The translations under genes and the position numbers were made by a program. From the NCBI GenBank assembly GCA_023213395.1, contig CM041465.1, positions 84,761,741 through 84,825,740 on the forward strand: DNA of 64,000 nt. The letters run 5' to 3'. Below, piece by piece: positions 1 to 14,666 of this stretch (the stretch's first letter is position 1; every line of letters begins with the position of its first letter). The notes beneath the pieces were generated by a model. The model worked only from the letters and a program-made list of their open reading frames with translations. It made no database searches and had not been told where the DNA came from. Origin of the DNA: Cycas panzhihuaensis (lineage: Eukaryota > Plantae > Cycadophyta).

Positions 1-2280
1 TATCATAGTCTTCTTTGATGATATTCTTATTTATAGTGTCTACCTAGACCACCATATTTAACACCTAGAAATTATCCTTCAAATACTATAAAACAACCAA
101 CTCTATGTAAAATTATTTAAGTGAGAGTTTAGATAATCTAAACTCACATACTCGGGGCATATCATCTCATCAAAAGAGGTACACATGGACCCTGGTAAAA
201 TATCTATCATCAGGACTTGGTCAACACCCACCACCTTTACCCAACTACAAGTATTCCTTATGCTCACAAGATTCTACCAGTGGTTTGTGTGTAACTATGC
301 CACCCTCACAGCCCCCTTAACCAACCTCCTTCATAAAGATACCTTTTAATGGTCTCCAAAAATTGATGCTACTTTTTCTCACCTTAAAGTTGTAATGACC
401 TCCACCCTAGTCCTCATCACTCTTGACTTCAACTGACCTTTCTAGCTTCAATGTGATACCTTGGGATTCAGACTGGGTGTAGTCCTTATGCAAGACTCTC
501 ATCCCATTGCATTTGAGAGCTAAAAATTAAAAGAGCATGAGCTTTGTCTCTCTACATACCAAAAGTAGATGAAAGTTATTCTCCATGATATTGATAAGTG
601 GTCACAATATCTCTTAGGCTCTAAATTTACTATTCTTACGGGCCATCATAGCCTCCATAATATATTAGACAAATCAGTCTTATTAGAAGAACAAGTTAAG
701 TGGGTTCACTGTCTACAAGTCTTTGACTTTGTAATATCATATAAAAAAGGGAATGATAATGCAGTCACAGATGCCCTTTCACATCTCCACCCTGATGATA
801 GTACCCCCAATCCAAGCCTCCATGCCATAAGCAAACCCTAACCCCTTTGGCTTGATGAACTATGGGTTAAAAATTAGACCCAACCTAACTAGCCTAATTG
901 GAGTAAAAAAGTTTTTACTCATAAAGGTTGGTCAAACTTTAATAATCATCTACTCTATCAAAATCGCATCTTTATCCACTCATCCTCCTCATTCATACCT
1001 AGAATCCTAATAGAATACCGCTCTTCTCCCCTCATAGGCCACTCAAGGTTTGATAAAAATTATCATCAAATCTACACAGACTTCTTTTAGCCTTGTATAA
1101 AGACTACAATATTCACTTTTGTATTAGAATGTGACACATGTTAATGAAATAAAATTGATACTAAAGCCCTTCTTCGACTTCTCCAACCATTAAATATTCC
1201 TGAAGATAAGTGGCAGGATATTATTATGGACTTTATCACTGATTTATCTCTATTTATTAGGTTTGACTCCATTTGGGTAATCACTGACTGATTAACTAAG
1301 TACGTACACTTTCTCCCTATTCGCACCTTGTATATGTCATGTCGTCTCATTGACCTATATATCCAATTCATATTTTACCTTCATAGCTTTCCTTCATCAA
1401 TTGTTTACAATCAAGATCCCAAGTTCACCAGCTCCTTTTGGTAAGAACTCCTTAAGGCTGTCGAAACCTCATTTAACATGAGTTTTTCCTACCACCTACA
1501 AATTGATGGACAATCTGAGGTCATGAACAAAACTTTAGAAACTTATCTATGCTGTTTTGTCTCTGAACACCAAGCTAAATGGACCTCTTAGCTCTCCCAA
1601 GCAGAGTACCGGTACAACTCCTTTCACCATTCTACCATCAATATGTCCTTTTCTCTATCCCTCTATGGTTATAATCCCTTTTCCCACCATACCTTAGCCA
1701 CAAACTTTTGAACAACTTCTGTACCATAAAAGCTTCAAGAGATGGGCCTAATCCTCTATACCCTTTGAAAAAAGTTGGCTACTACTCAAAATTGAATGAA
1801 ACAACTTGTTAACCACCATCGATCTAATTAATCCTTTGACATTGGAGATCTAGTATTCCTCCACCTCTAGACCTATAAGTAATAGTCTCTTAAGTCACAT
1901 AAAAGGAATAAACTAAGCCCCTGTTACTATGGCCTTTATAAAGTCCCCCATAAAATTGGTAAAGTTACCTACAGCCTTGAACACCCTCCAAACACCAGTA
2001 TCCATAATGCTTTCCATGTTTCTTATCTAAAAAAATACCTTAGAACTAAAGTTATATCTTAAACCACCTTACCCATTCTCTTAAAGGAGAAAACTCTTAT
2101 AATTCCGCCAGATAAAATCCTTGCCAGCCACTAGTGTCACCTCTGGAATCGTACTATTTCTAAGCACTTGGTACAGTGGGTCAGTTATAATGCAGATGAA
2201 ACAACTTGAGAATTTGACAAATTCATCCAACAATATCCTCATCTCCAACACTGCGAGGACTCAGCATCTCAGAGGGGGGG
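1..2280 (+). mobile_element. Ty3/gypsy (chromovirus-type) LTR retrotransposon, decayed 3' part of pol (RT end, RNase H, integrase, chromodomain); 3' LTR begins about 2284
   Basis: ORF 569-841 has RNase H/linker motifs (FDFVISYKKGNDNAVTDALS). Integrase motifs with stops include W-x-DIIMDFI near 1210 and YHLQIDGQSEVMN near 1490. A chromodomain reads PDKIL...HLVQWVSYNADETT*E at 2108-2260. A polypurine tract agaggggggg lies at 2271-2280. Confidence 0.85.
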
Positions 2281-4683
2281 ACTTATAACATAACCCTACC
2301 TTTCCCAAGCACTAGTAAGTAGGAGTTACCAAAAGGTTAAGGATTAGTGTTAGCTATTAAGATTTATGCATGGACTACTAAGTTATCCAATGACATGTAA
2401 GGCTACTAGGGCCACCAATAATATCATAAGGAAAAAGACCCCACTTGCTTATTTAAAAAGTCAAGCTCTACTTGTAATGATTACTGAGGATTGTTATCTT
2501 AAAGAGAAAGTACTTTAGTACTCCCTTTTGATAATATATTTATGAACTTATGTTATTTTGGCTTTACTTATGTTGGTCTGCATTTGCAAGGTCAAATTTT
2601 TTAAAGGAAATAATCCATCAAAGTTTATTTTAAAAGTGGTATTTTTAAGGATAAAGGTTGATTTTTAATTATAAAGTAAAAGAGACATAAAAAATATAAA
2701 TCAATGATAAGAAATGAGGGTTTAAAGTGCTTAATAAGAAGGAACCACACTTGCAAGTAAAGAGCAACCCTCAACACACAAGTATAGCATCTACAACCAT
2801 AATGCACCATAAATGTTAGCTAAAAACTAAGTAGAAATACCTCTCAATTGATGATGAATAACAAGCAATAATAAAATCCCCTTGTTTAGTATGATAAAGC
2901 TTTTAATTAGTGAAATAAGCCTTAAAAATACACAAAATAAATGAGTCACTTCTAGGGGAGTTATATGTCCTAAACGAATGCTTAAATTGAGCTAAAAATT
3001 ATTCCAAATTATAGTGCTCTGAATCAATATTCCAATGAATCTAATGGTGTAGAAAATGGACTCTAGTTTGATGAGATATTGCCAAAACAATGACAAGACC
3101 TCTTTACATTATCAAAAAAGAGAAGTGGTGGATTTAAACCCCCTTGGCTAGCTAACACCTAATCACCAGTTAATATCATGTGATCATCCACTTGATTGAA
3201 AGGGTCTAATACATGCCATGCAATAATCTAATTCATTTAAATTAAACAACAACTATGTACAAAAAATATTATAATGTTTAGAAAAATGAAGATGTACAGA
3301 TGTGTTAATGCATAGTCTGTGGGTGCCAAATGATGAAATTTGAGAGAGGAATAGATCACTCAAATCTACATTCAATAGGAGGCACACAAGCTATCCTAAT
3401 CTCTAAAAAATCTAAAAACAAGGGCATGTGGCAGGCAATAAAGATAATCAAATGTAGAACTATTACATAGAGTTTCCTCTCCAATTGATGAAATTAGCAT
3501 GAAGAACCTAGTGCAAACCATAGTGGAAACTCCTACAGGGCAAGGGAGAGAAGACATGCATGCTATATGGCATGTACTATGCTCGCTCAAGCTCAATCTT
3601 GGGCATAGAGGAGAGGAGGCAAGACATAAGACAGTAATACTATTGAGTAGATGTATTTAATGTCATCTAAGACTTATTGCATCTATGGTAAGATGGTAAT
3701 AGCATTGAGAAATGTCACAATGATCGAGGATGTGTGAAGTTCTTATGTTATGGTGTGGTCAAATGACAAGTGTCTCTATAGGTAGTGGGTCACAGAAAGA
3801 CAAATAAAGATGAGGACTCTTGTTGATAGAGTAGTGTGTAATCATCATGATCATTAAGCTAAAGTGACTTCTACCTATAATGTAGGCAGGTGACTTAAGA
3901 TTTTTCATGAATAGGGTTAAGATACATAATAATGGGATTGAAATAAAATTAGGTGTATACTCAAAATCACATTAAGTATTTTTCAAATGGACTCAAATAG
4001 ACTTAAATGATACTCAAGCCACATTTGATGTGAAAACCCACATTAGGCCATAAGACAGATAAGTAATATGAGCTTTGATACCAAATGAAAGAAATACAGG
4101 ATTTAAATTCATCTCTTGTATGCCATAAATAAAGATTAAACAAGCTATAAAGTACACATTAAGTGAATAGAATAGGTAAGTCAAATTGGTTGATACTTGC
4201 AATTGTATTTCTAGTTGAATTTCACTCTAATAATAGAATCATCAAACTTACACGGGTGAGGACACAACTTCTATATATAAGGCTCAATGTCGCTCCTGAA
4301 ATTATACAATTAGCCATCTCAAAGGTAAAATACAATTGGCACATTAAGTGGTAAAGGGGGTTACATATCATCAATTAGGAATACAACTTACATTATAACT
4401 TATTATAACCTTAAAAAGTTGTTATTATATTTTAACAAATCATCCATATTTGGTACCCCTAAGATATTAGGCTAATTGTTATTAATGACTAAGTAAATTA
4501 TAGGAGGGTCTGTAGACTAGGTAATCTGTGAGTCAAGTACTTGTCCAAATATTAGTTGCTTAAATTTTGTTTCTAGATCTGTAACAACTACTTAAAACTA
4601 CCATTTATATGTTCATTACTATCAAAACCCTTACTGATAAACTTTGTAATCAAAACCCTCATTAGTAGAATTTACATATTTAT

Positions 4684-4686
<3 letters not shown>

Positions 4687-4749
<63 letters not shown>
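4687..4749. repeat. (AG)n microsatellite, about 31 units
   Basis: Directly visible perfect AG run. Confidence 0.98.
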
Positions 4750-4752
<3 letters not shown>

Positions 4753-5599
4753 AGTCATCTATAGGCTCAGTTCTATGAATATTATTTTTTTATAATTGAA
4801 ATCTATACCAGTAATCTATACATAAAAAGGAAAAATATACAAAATGTAAGTTTACCCTCATTTTTCATTTACCTCATTTTAATGAGGGCATTATGCTCAT
4901 CATTCTATGTGAGTTAGTTTTAACCTTTATTTTCAGGAAAAATTGACATGTAGACATCACATGGGTCCCACAATCAAATTTTCATGCATAATCTCACTTA
5001 TAACATCTCAATAAGAATATCACACTCCTCTTAGTGTATTAAGTAAGATTCTTTCATGAATTTTAGGAGAAACTATCTACAAACACCACATATATGTTTT
5101 TGTAGTTAACGAGTCAACAGGTGCTAGAAACCCCTCTTCTGTTCGATACCCTCCTACATCATTCCCTAACTTTGTAATCCCATTCATCATATCTAATTCC
5201 CCTTTCTTTTAAACCCTCGCTTCTTTTCTTATCCCCCCATATTTTAGTCCCATTCTCTAAACTCATTTCTTTTGCTTAATAGCCTTGCTACCCAAGCTGA
5301 CTGACTCTCTACCCTAAAGACTCAATACACCTCTATAACTGACATCACCAAGTTATTTGATAAGATCAAGAATCTTTCCATCTAAATTTTTAATATACCC
5401 TTTGCCTCTACTTCCATTAGCATCTCTCCATTACCTTTGCTAATACCACTTTCTCACTAGTAATAATATTAACACCTCAAAGTTAGCATCTAAACTTTTG
5501 ATCTAGAGCTAAATCATGATACTACTTGTAACTAGATTAAAACGATTAAGTCATATATTTTGACGTTTACCCTATGACTCTATATGATAAGATTACCTT

Positions 5600-7500
5600 T
5601 GCTTATATCCATCTAGAAGGTAAAATACGCCACTGGTTCTGTTGGTAGGAATGAGAAAATCCAAATGTGTTCACATGGAATTCATTTTATATCTATTTTT
5701 TTGAACAATATAAAAACACTTAAGACTATTCCTTCTCCAACAAAGTCACATGTTTGTAATAAACTACTTTGGTTAAGACAAACATAGATGAATTTTAGAT
5801 ACTTTAGAACTAGATTTCTCAAAACTTGGATTAAGACACTCTCATCAAGACATTTATTATTATATTTAAGGAGTCCATTCACATGTGCCTCAAAACTCAT
5901 CATCTCACTATATTTTATAGTCTAACAAAATTCTAGATCCTAGTAGAAAATAGAAAACATGAGGAGGTGTATGATTGCTTAACTATATCTATGGCTAAAT
6001 CAATTGAAGTTGAGTTTACATCAGAGAATCTAAGTTCTCCTTAGCATGATCAAATCCTTTACTTGCATCCTTAGTCAACAAATCAACAATGCTAATGAAT
6101 GAACCATCTAGAGTACTTAGCAACTTAAAGGTCTTCAAATCCCTTATGTGTTCCTAAAGCCAAAGTGAACATACACTGAGAAGTCAATTTATGCATTAAG
6201 TATTTAGAATAATAAACTCATAATCATGGAAAAGTGTGTAAAGCTAGATGCATGGTTTTCACCATCGACCCCAACCTTTCTATAAAAAAAGACTCATAAC
6301 TGGAAATAGATCGAAGTGAAAACCTACCCCAAGAATCCTTCCTTGTCTCTAAATCCCAAGTCTCATTGGCCACCATCTCTTCTACCTCCTTCCCTAAACC
6401 CCTCAAAGTTCAAGGCATACACCATAAAACTCTGGTAACATTCTTATTGATAGTAGTGCCTCAACTAATTTTATTGATACCTCCATTATTTGGAAACTAA
6501 ACTTATATATTATTCTAAAAATATATCCACTTGCTCTCTCCTTAGCTACCAAGTATTTCATTATGCAAGAACCATTAAGAACCTTCACATTCTAATAGGG
6601 ACATATCATTTAGTATCAAGTTTCTATGCCCTTTCTATTGGAGAATCAGATATCATCATATATATCCAATGGTTACAAACTTTAGGTAACTAAAGTACTA
6701 ATAACTCTTTCACTAACCTACTCATATCATTTAAAATTTGTCTTGGGAAAATCCACAAGATCCATGGTATTTGACTACCTCTTAATAACCTTCTCCCTTT
6801 TAATCAAAGATGGAAACACCAAAAAAAAAAATGATTCATAGTCCATCTTCATAACATCAAAGTTTTTCCCTCCATCTACCCCAATATTCCATAATTCTTC
6901 ACCCCAGTCCATAATGTATTTTATATTTTATGCTTCAAGAAAATAGCATCCACCACTTTCCAAAATTTCCTCCCCATCTTGGATAAAGAACAAGTTATCA
7001 TTGGCTCCCCCAATAGCATTCTAGCTTACCACATCATCTCTAAGTACCTTGCGTAATTTGTCAACTCCAAACTAGAAGTAACAAAATAGAAACCAATAGT
7101 AGAGTTTGTATTTCAACATCCATGCCATCTCAACTTAAGGACCCAACATCTTATGGGAGAAGACATGTGATGTAGTTATTATAATTATGAGGCATAATCG
7201 CTAGCACATGTGACCATGCAGCATGACAATTAGTGCTAAATATCAACATTTATGTAGGCCACACATTCCCACCAATAAAGCTCATATAGAAGGTTATTCT
7301 TGTCTATATAAGGCCTCATAGGAGTAGAGTTAGGATTAATATATATATAAGATCTTGTATATATGGTATATTACAATATTGCATTAGTTCTCTTTTGTGC
7401 TTTTGTTTTATATTCTATTATTTCTAATAATAAAGGATGATTTGTTATATTTCTGTTCTAATTATTGTGCCCTTTGAGCTCTCTTCTTTGAACATCTATA
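5600..7500 (+). mobile_element. Internally deleted, highly decayed Ty3/gypsy remnant (protease, end of integrase, PPT, start of 3' LTR); boundaries approximate
   Basis: Aspartic protease motif LIDSSASTNFID at 6443-6478. HNVFYILCFKK (integrase C-terminal 'IHNVFHVSLLKK' type) near 6909. Purine tract gggagaaga followed by TGTGATG at 7166, parallel to the end of the element at 1-2280. Confidence 0.55.
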
Positions 7501-7578
7501 GTGATTATTTAGGTAAGTTTATCCTAGAAAGTTTAGATGTATCCTATTAAGGAGAAATCCCGAACTTATGATATTTTC

Positions 7579-8158
7579 TGTTGAGAAAACCTAGTCTAAA
7601 TAACCAAAACTAGCCACCAAGATCTAACTATTTTGCAACAATAATAATGATTCAAAACTATAATAAATGCAAGTATCTAAAACCAAAGATTGTTTAACAT
7701 ACATAAGAAAGCATACACATTACCCAGTACATAGATTTTAATATGGTAAAACTCTAGTAGAGTGCTCCAAGGAAACATCTACACAGGAAAGGTATTGATC
7801 TTTATTAATCAAGAATGAAAGATTGTATATACAGTTGTCATAAAATTTTCAAAGTAGTAATAACTAACAACTGCCCACTCACAATGTTATGTAATACAAT
7901 ATAATATGATACAATTACCCTAAGAATGGGTTATCAAAAAGGCATATCAATCGTAGCCATCAGATCTAGGTCTTTTTAATGAACATCCTAAATTCCCTTT
8001 ATAATTTGATAAGTTTTGAGCCCTAGATTTTTGCTTCGGGGGATACCGCCATTGAACCCCCACTTGTAGGGGGCGTTTCGCACCCCCCTTAGCCAAGAGG
8101 GGCTGTTGCCCCCCTTGGATCCCCCCCAGAAAAGATTGATAGGGAAATCGCGCTAACA
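7579..8158 (-). mobile_element. Probable solo LTR (TGTT...AACA) with a GC-rich hairpin array
   Basis: Starts tgttgag and ends ctaaca, with LTR-like composition. No matching TSD was found, so the call is tentative. Confidence 0.35.
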
Positions 8159-8199
8159 AAGGTTTAAAAAATCAAAGCCTTCTTATAATTGTTGTTACA

Positions 8200-10840
8200 T
8201 ATTTAATATTTTCAAGGAATTCAAGGCAAAAGTAGAAAACAAAAGTGGTTGGTGATTGAAAATATTTAGGTTAGAAAATGAGAAAGAATATACCTCTAAT
8301 GCCTTTATCTAGTTTTATAATGACCACAGGATTAAGAAATAATTAATGGTAGTATATATACCTTATTAAAGCATAGTTATTGAGAGGATGAAGAGGACTT
8401 TGGTCAAAAATGCCAAGTTAGTGATGAAAGTAGAAGATCTTTCAAACTCCTTTTGGGCTAAAGTTATTGCATAATAATATATTTAACTAATAAGAGTTTG
8501 ATGAAGGATGTCAAGAATATAACATTAAAAGAAGCTTAATCAGGGAGAAAGCCTATAGTAAACCATCTTAAAATCTTAAGGAGCATTGCATATATACATA
8601 TTCCAAGGGAGAAGTATTAAAATTTTGATAATAAAAGTTCTAAGTATATCCTCATCGAGTACAATGAAGAAAGAAAAGTATATTAGATATTTGAGTTGGT
8701 AACCAAAAAGATGTACAGAACTCAAAGACATCATATTTGAAGAAGTTGATAATTAAAATACTAACCTAGACACTTTAAAGATGTGTTAGGATAAACGAAA
8801 GTAGATCAAGGAATATCAAATATCTAGTTCTTCAAGACAATAGTTTGTTAATCCTAAGATTGAGAAAGAGTTTGAAGTTGGATTGGAAGGTAAGGAGGAG
8901 GAGTATCAAGATACTTAGGAGTCATAGCCTAAGGTCACTCCACCTTCTAAGAAACTCCCCAGGTGGTATTTGAAAACCATTATAAAATCTCAATTACTCA
9001 AGATTGAAGGGAAATCTAAGTCAAAGATGAGATCTGATATGATTAACTTTGTTTTGATGTGTTGAATGTTAATGAACCTTCGAGTTTTGAGGAGGCCTAC
9101 TAAGAGAAAAAGTGGAGAATAATAATAAATATTAAAATCCATATTATGAAGCAAAATAACACTTGGGGCTTCATTGAATTACTAGCAAAAAAATAAGTTA
9201 TTAGATGCAAGTGAGTCTACAAGACCAAATTTAGATTAGATGACTTAGTTAATAAATACAAATCCAAACTTGTTATAAAGAGATTCAATCAAATAGAAGG
9301 TATTGATTAATAAGAGATATTCGCTCCAATAGCAAAGATGGTAATGATTAAATTAATATTAGTAATAATTTCTTAGTTTAAATGCCATGTATACCAACTT
9401 GACGTTAAAAGTGCCTTCCTAAATTGAGATCTTGGGGAGGAAGTCTATATGGAGCAAATATTTAGGTATATTATAAGAGGAAAAGAATACCTTGTATGCT
9501 ACTTAAAAAAAGTTTTGTGTGGCTTAAAGTAGACTCTAAAAGCATGGTATTCTAAGATCAATCAATATTTTCCATAGAATAGATTTGAGGGTCACTAGTT
9601 AATCCAAATCTATATATCAAAACCAAAGGTGAATATTTAGTTATCTTTATCGTTTTGTATATGGATGCTCTTATGATCATAAATAGTAATGTCTCAAAAT
9701 TTAAAATCTTGAAGAATAATCTTAATAGGATATTTAGTAGGATAAATCTTAGATGGTGTCATTACTTTTAGGAAGTAGAAGTTTGGAAAAAATCTAGAAA
9801 AAGTATGATTTCATAAGTTAAATATATATATATGGACAATTCTAAATAAATTTATAATGGAGAATTGTAAACCTACTCTAACTCCTATGGAGATTGATTT
9901 AAAATTAACAACTTTGGATGATGAAGACCAAGTAGATGATATGATTTATAAGGAACTATTTGGTCACTTAATTTGCTTGACTTAAACTAAGCATGATATA
10001 TCCTTTGTAGTTGGTATGGTTTTGATATTCATAGAAAATCTATTAAAAAACTACAAAGAGGCTTTTTAGATATTTGTAGGGAACTTTACACTATCGATTA
10101 GAGTTTAGCTAGAATAATAATTTTAGATTAAAAGGGTATTTAAATTATGATTTAGTGGGATGTGTTGATAATAGAAGGCCTACTTCAGGTCATTACTCCA
10201 GTTTAGATTCTATTGTTGTCACTTAAAGCAATAAAAAAACATCTAAATATTGTATTATCATCTACTAAAGTAGAATACAAACTTATTATTGCATTGTAAA
10301 GCCATCTTATTAAGACAAGTCCTAAGTGATTTAGGACTTCATCATGAGGTGACTACCGTCGATTATGATAATTAGAGTACATTAATGATTGTTAAGAATT
10401 CAGTCTTCCATGCTCATAACACACACATTGAGGTGCATCACTATTTTATCTGAGATCATATCCAAAATGGAGAGTTGATCTCTTATATAAACTAATCAAA
10501 TAGTAGATGGTATACATTTTTACCAAACCCTTAATTGGGGATAAATTTGACAAATTCATATTGTGTATTAATGTTAAAATTAATAATGTAAATATTAAAG
10601 GGGGGTGTTAAAATTAATGTTTACGTTGTAGGTCCTAATAAGTCAATTATGAGTTATTAGAATATTTGGTTAGTCGTAGGGTTATCATTTAATATGATGA
10701 CAAGTGTCACAGCAATTATAGGTCACTCATTGGGCATTACTTATCTTAGGTTATATATAATCATATAACAATTTATACATTATGTATCAAGCATTCTAAA
10801 TGAATGAAATAGTTTTAAAGGTAAACAAATTCTACCCAAT
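8200..10840 (+). mobile_element. 5'-truncated, heavily decayed Ty1/copia element (integrase, RT, RNase H, PPT, 3' LTR from 10606)
   Basis: FKEFKAKVENKSG (integrase) near 8210; YQLDVKSAFLN (RT) near 9390; HIEVHHYFI*DH (RNase H) near 10425; PPT aaagggggg then TGTTA at 10606. Many stops and frameshifts. Confidence 0.85.
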
Positions 10841-13800
10841 AGATCTAGCATGTTTGTATTTTCGATCTTAGTGAATTTACTCACATATAAAACTATGATT
10901 TTAACTTTTTTTTTTTAGGAGGGTGTGGAGAGGAGAGAAGGGGAGTTAGTTTCTTTATAATTTCAATATTATTTAAAATTGTATATATTCAAATTAGTGA
11001 AATTAGATTGAAATAAGAAACTAAATGATAATTTCAAAAGTTGCATACATTTTATGATGATACTAAAAGCGTTTTCTAATTTTATGGCCTATGAGGAGTG
11101 TCCAAAACATCTTATATAAAGGGTAACTTAGATTTATTAGAAGAATTGATTGAAAATAGAAAATCCTACATTCAATAGTTTACTTTCGATGTAAAAAACA
11201 TCCTTATTACTTAAAGAAAAGCATATTACTTAATTGGACTAAGAGATCACAAACATAAATTAAATTGAAATAAAATCAATATGATAGTTATTACCTAAAG
11301 TCTAATTGCCACAAGTGAACTGTAGAAAATTGGGATCAAATAAGGCATACATGATTTAATATAAATCATCTTCTATATAAATGGGTTAGCAATATGCTTC
11401 AAAGAAAGATTTTAAATAAGTCCACAATGAATGTTTTGATAATAAAATATTGTTGTATTATTGAAGAGACTATAATAGGTTTTTGGTTAAACTATTGTGC
11501 TTATCATATAACACTCTACAACAAGCTCAAAATTTTCTCCAATTTAACTAGCTTTTGCAAAAAACTAATTAAAAAGTTAATTCAACAACACCCTTTGAGT
11601 AACTAATTGATGGTGATACCTCCCTTTCATATGCAATTCCTTGCACCATTTTTCCCCCCACCCCGAGACTCATTTTCTAAAAATGTTCACCATGTTGAAA
11701 AAGTATCATGTTAAAATAATTAAGCATCGATGTAAAACATATATGATAAATGTCTTTCATCATGAGATTATGGAATCCCTTGAAGACCACATTGAAAATC
11801 CAACATTTTCTCATTGATTACAAGGAAGGGAATGAGAGACTCTAAACTAACATTAGCATCAAGTGGAAGACAAAGATCAAACTATACTTGTTAATTGCCT
11901 TATCTTCATCCAAAAAGTGGATTTGACCAAACCGAGAAAATGAAACAATTACCACACCTTTGTTACAAGTTCAACCAAGAAGAATAATATAATCTAATTT
12001 CAAGTTTAAAACATCAATCTCAATTATTTTGCTCTTAGAAGTTGAGTAATTTTATTATTTTATCTTAAAGATATAAAGATTAGAATCCAAACAATTAATG
12101 CTTAGTTCTCACATAATTCATGCCAATGGGATATTAAATATGAAACCTTTATAAATAGCACTTCTCTAAACCTTATTTCCATTAATAAAAGTAGATATAG
12201 AAAATTAAGTTTGATGATATTGTGAAGGCTACTACTCTAGAGAATGTGCACTTAGATAAAAAAATAAAAGTAGAAGAAAATGAAGTGATTAGATTAGCAC
12301 TTCATTTAATAATGATGTGCAAGACTTTTTTTGGATGTTCATTTAATACATTCATGCAAACTTCAAAAACAATAAAGTCTAAATCCACAATTGAGAATAA
12401 TCTTTTTGTTTGTTTTGCAATTACATCTATAATATTTTATTTTAATTTTAAAAAGATAATTAGAACTATAATGTGTCAAATAAGTATTCTTTGAAATTCA
12501 TTTTGTTTTTATCTAACTCTTGTATGTACAACACAAATGCATGGATGTTTAAGGTCTTCTAAATCTATAAATTGTATTTGTATTTGTTTCTCTTTAGATT
12601 GGCTTATATTCCTAAGCTTAAAAATATGAATGCCCCTAGTACTCAAAATAAAAATAGAGTCAAAATTTATTGGATAAATAGTTTCATAACAAAAATGTCC
12701 AAGATACATAACTAGGTATTAAAATTCAAAGGTAGATAAATAAAATAATATCCAACCATTTGCAAGGATCTAATTAAAAAAGATACAAATTATTGTTGAA
12801 TAATCTATAATTAATGCAATTATTACAACATTGAATTAATTTGGACTCTAAGTTGTGATTTCTTATTTAGCATTAAAATGAAATCAAATAATGTTTATTT
12901 TTATTATTGGATTCATCAAGAAGGATTTGATTGACTCCTGAAAAAAGGGATCAATGTAAATATCCAAAGTTTGCTTAATACTTTCTTCGTTTGTTGGACT
13001 CTGCTATGATTAGGATTAGAATTATGATCTTATGAATCTCTAAGTTAGAAACCTCCTCTCTTCCAATTTGTACTTTAGTCTCTATGGGCTTGATTTGAAT
13101 TTATTAATAACTTAAGATGGTTCTAAGGAACAATTTCAAAAATAATGAATTCTCTTTAGGTTGATTTTGAACATTAGGATTAATGTTTTTGACCAATTGT
13201 AACAATTGAGTGGCCACAAAACCAAACTAAGAAAACATTATTCTTAACAAGCTATGAATAAGTTACCAAGGTTGAAATATTGAGATAAAGAATATTAAAT
13301 AAGTTGTTACAATGGTTGAGTTAAAATGGTAAAAGTTTTGGTTAGTTTCCTTTCTTACTTGAAGTTTTAAACTATCATTTACTTAGCTAATACTCAAGGA
13401 AAAGTTTGCACACATAGTCTCAGAGATGCAAAGATGCTCTGCTAGGGTTTCCATCGATGCAAACTATATCTTCAAAGGCAATCGTTTGAGGGTGGGGGAC
13501 CTTAATCTAGAACCATATGGGAGTCGGTGGCTAGTGAAGCCACCCAACTAGATTGTAAGGTTTGTGAGACCGCCATGAAAGAGCTCCAAGTTCAACAGTA
13601 GGTCTATAATGATAAGAAGCAGAAAGTGTGTTTTTTGAGTCCAGAATGAAGACGGTGACAGTAGTCACTTTGATCAGACATTGCGCAGATATAAATGCAT
13701 ATGGGCCGATTGGAGAACGGAAGGACTCCATTGGAAGGTGGTGGAAAGATACACATATAGGGTTTTGGTGTTGGAAGAGACTATAGGGACACAAATATTG

Positions 13801-14449
13801 TTTCCTTGTCAGAAGAAGGATCTGCAACTAGCCGAGCAGAGGACAGATAAAGACAAGATAGGTGGAGAGAGTGGGGAGGTAACACTAGGAGGCCGATGGT
13901 GCATGAAGGCTAATGTAGAATGACCTAGTCTCTCAGACCTAAATAGGGGACAGAGCAGGAGGTCATTTGAAACTCAAAGGTTGGATTTACTCTCGAATTA
14001 GTTAGCCATTCAAGGGTAGGAAGAGAGATGTTTCAACCATCTTCTCCGTGTACTAGGTGAGATTGTTGTGACTTTTAATAAGCTATTAATGTGAAGGGGA
14101 TGGTTGTTTTGTTGAATGTGTTTGTGTGTAATTTTAATCTAGTAAAATTGTAATGGAGAAAGGAACCATGTCCCATAATCAGACTCATAATATTTCTCTA
14201 GGAAGGACCTACTTGGATGCCCTTAGAAATGAGGAACTTGAATCTTGTGATATAACCCCTATTAAGCAAGATCTGACTATTAAAATCCCTATACTAGAGA
14301 AAACTCTAAAGAGAATAAAAAAGCTCTAGGAGAACAACCTTGTGAGTAGGCTTTTAGGACCTAGACCTGGGCTAGATATTATAAGGAGTTAGATTAGAAC
14401 TATATAGAAGACAAGAAATCCAATAAAGGTGATGGCCCTGCCAAGGGGA

Positions 14450-14666
14450 TGTTAAAATGTACTGTTTTATCTAGACAAAGAGGGGTCATGTTGACTCACC
14501 CCTTAAAATATAACTCCAAATAGGAGTTGTGACACTTAGCAACCTCATGTAGGTTAGTTACATTGCTATTTGCAACGGTCATCTCATTGATGTATATTTA
14601 AGAGGAATGAGACTCCATGTAGTATCAAGTTCTGATCTTCATTCTGTCTAAGTCAATTTTCTATCA
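14450..14666 (+). repeat. 5' LTR of copia A
   Basis: Direct repeat of 19442-19658, followed by the PBS. Confidence 0.95.

Noticed and set aside
2600-4440. Possible further solo LTRs
   Set aside because: Composition is LTR-like, but no paired repeat, PBS/PPT or TSD could be established.
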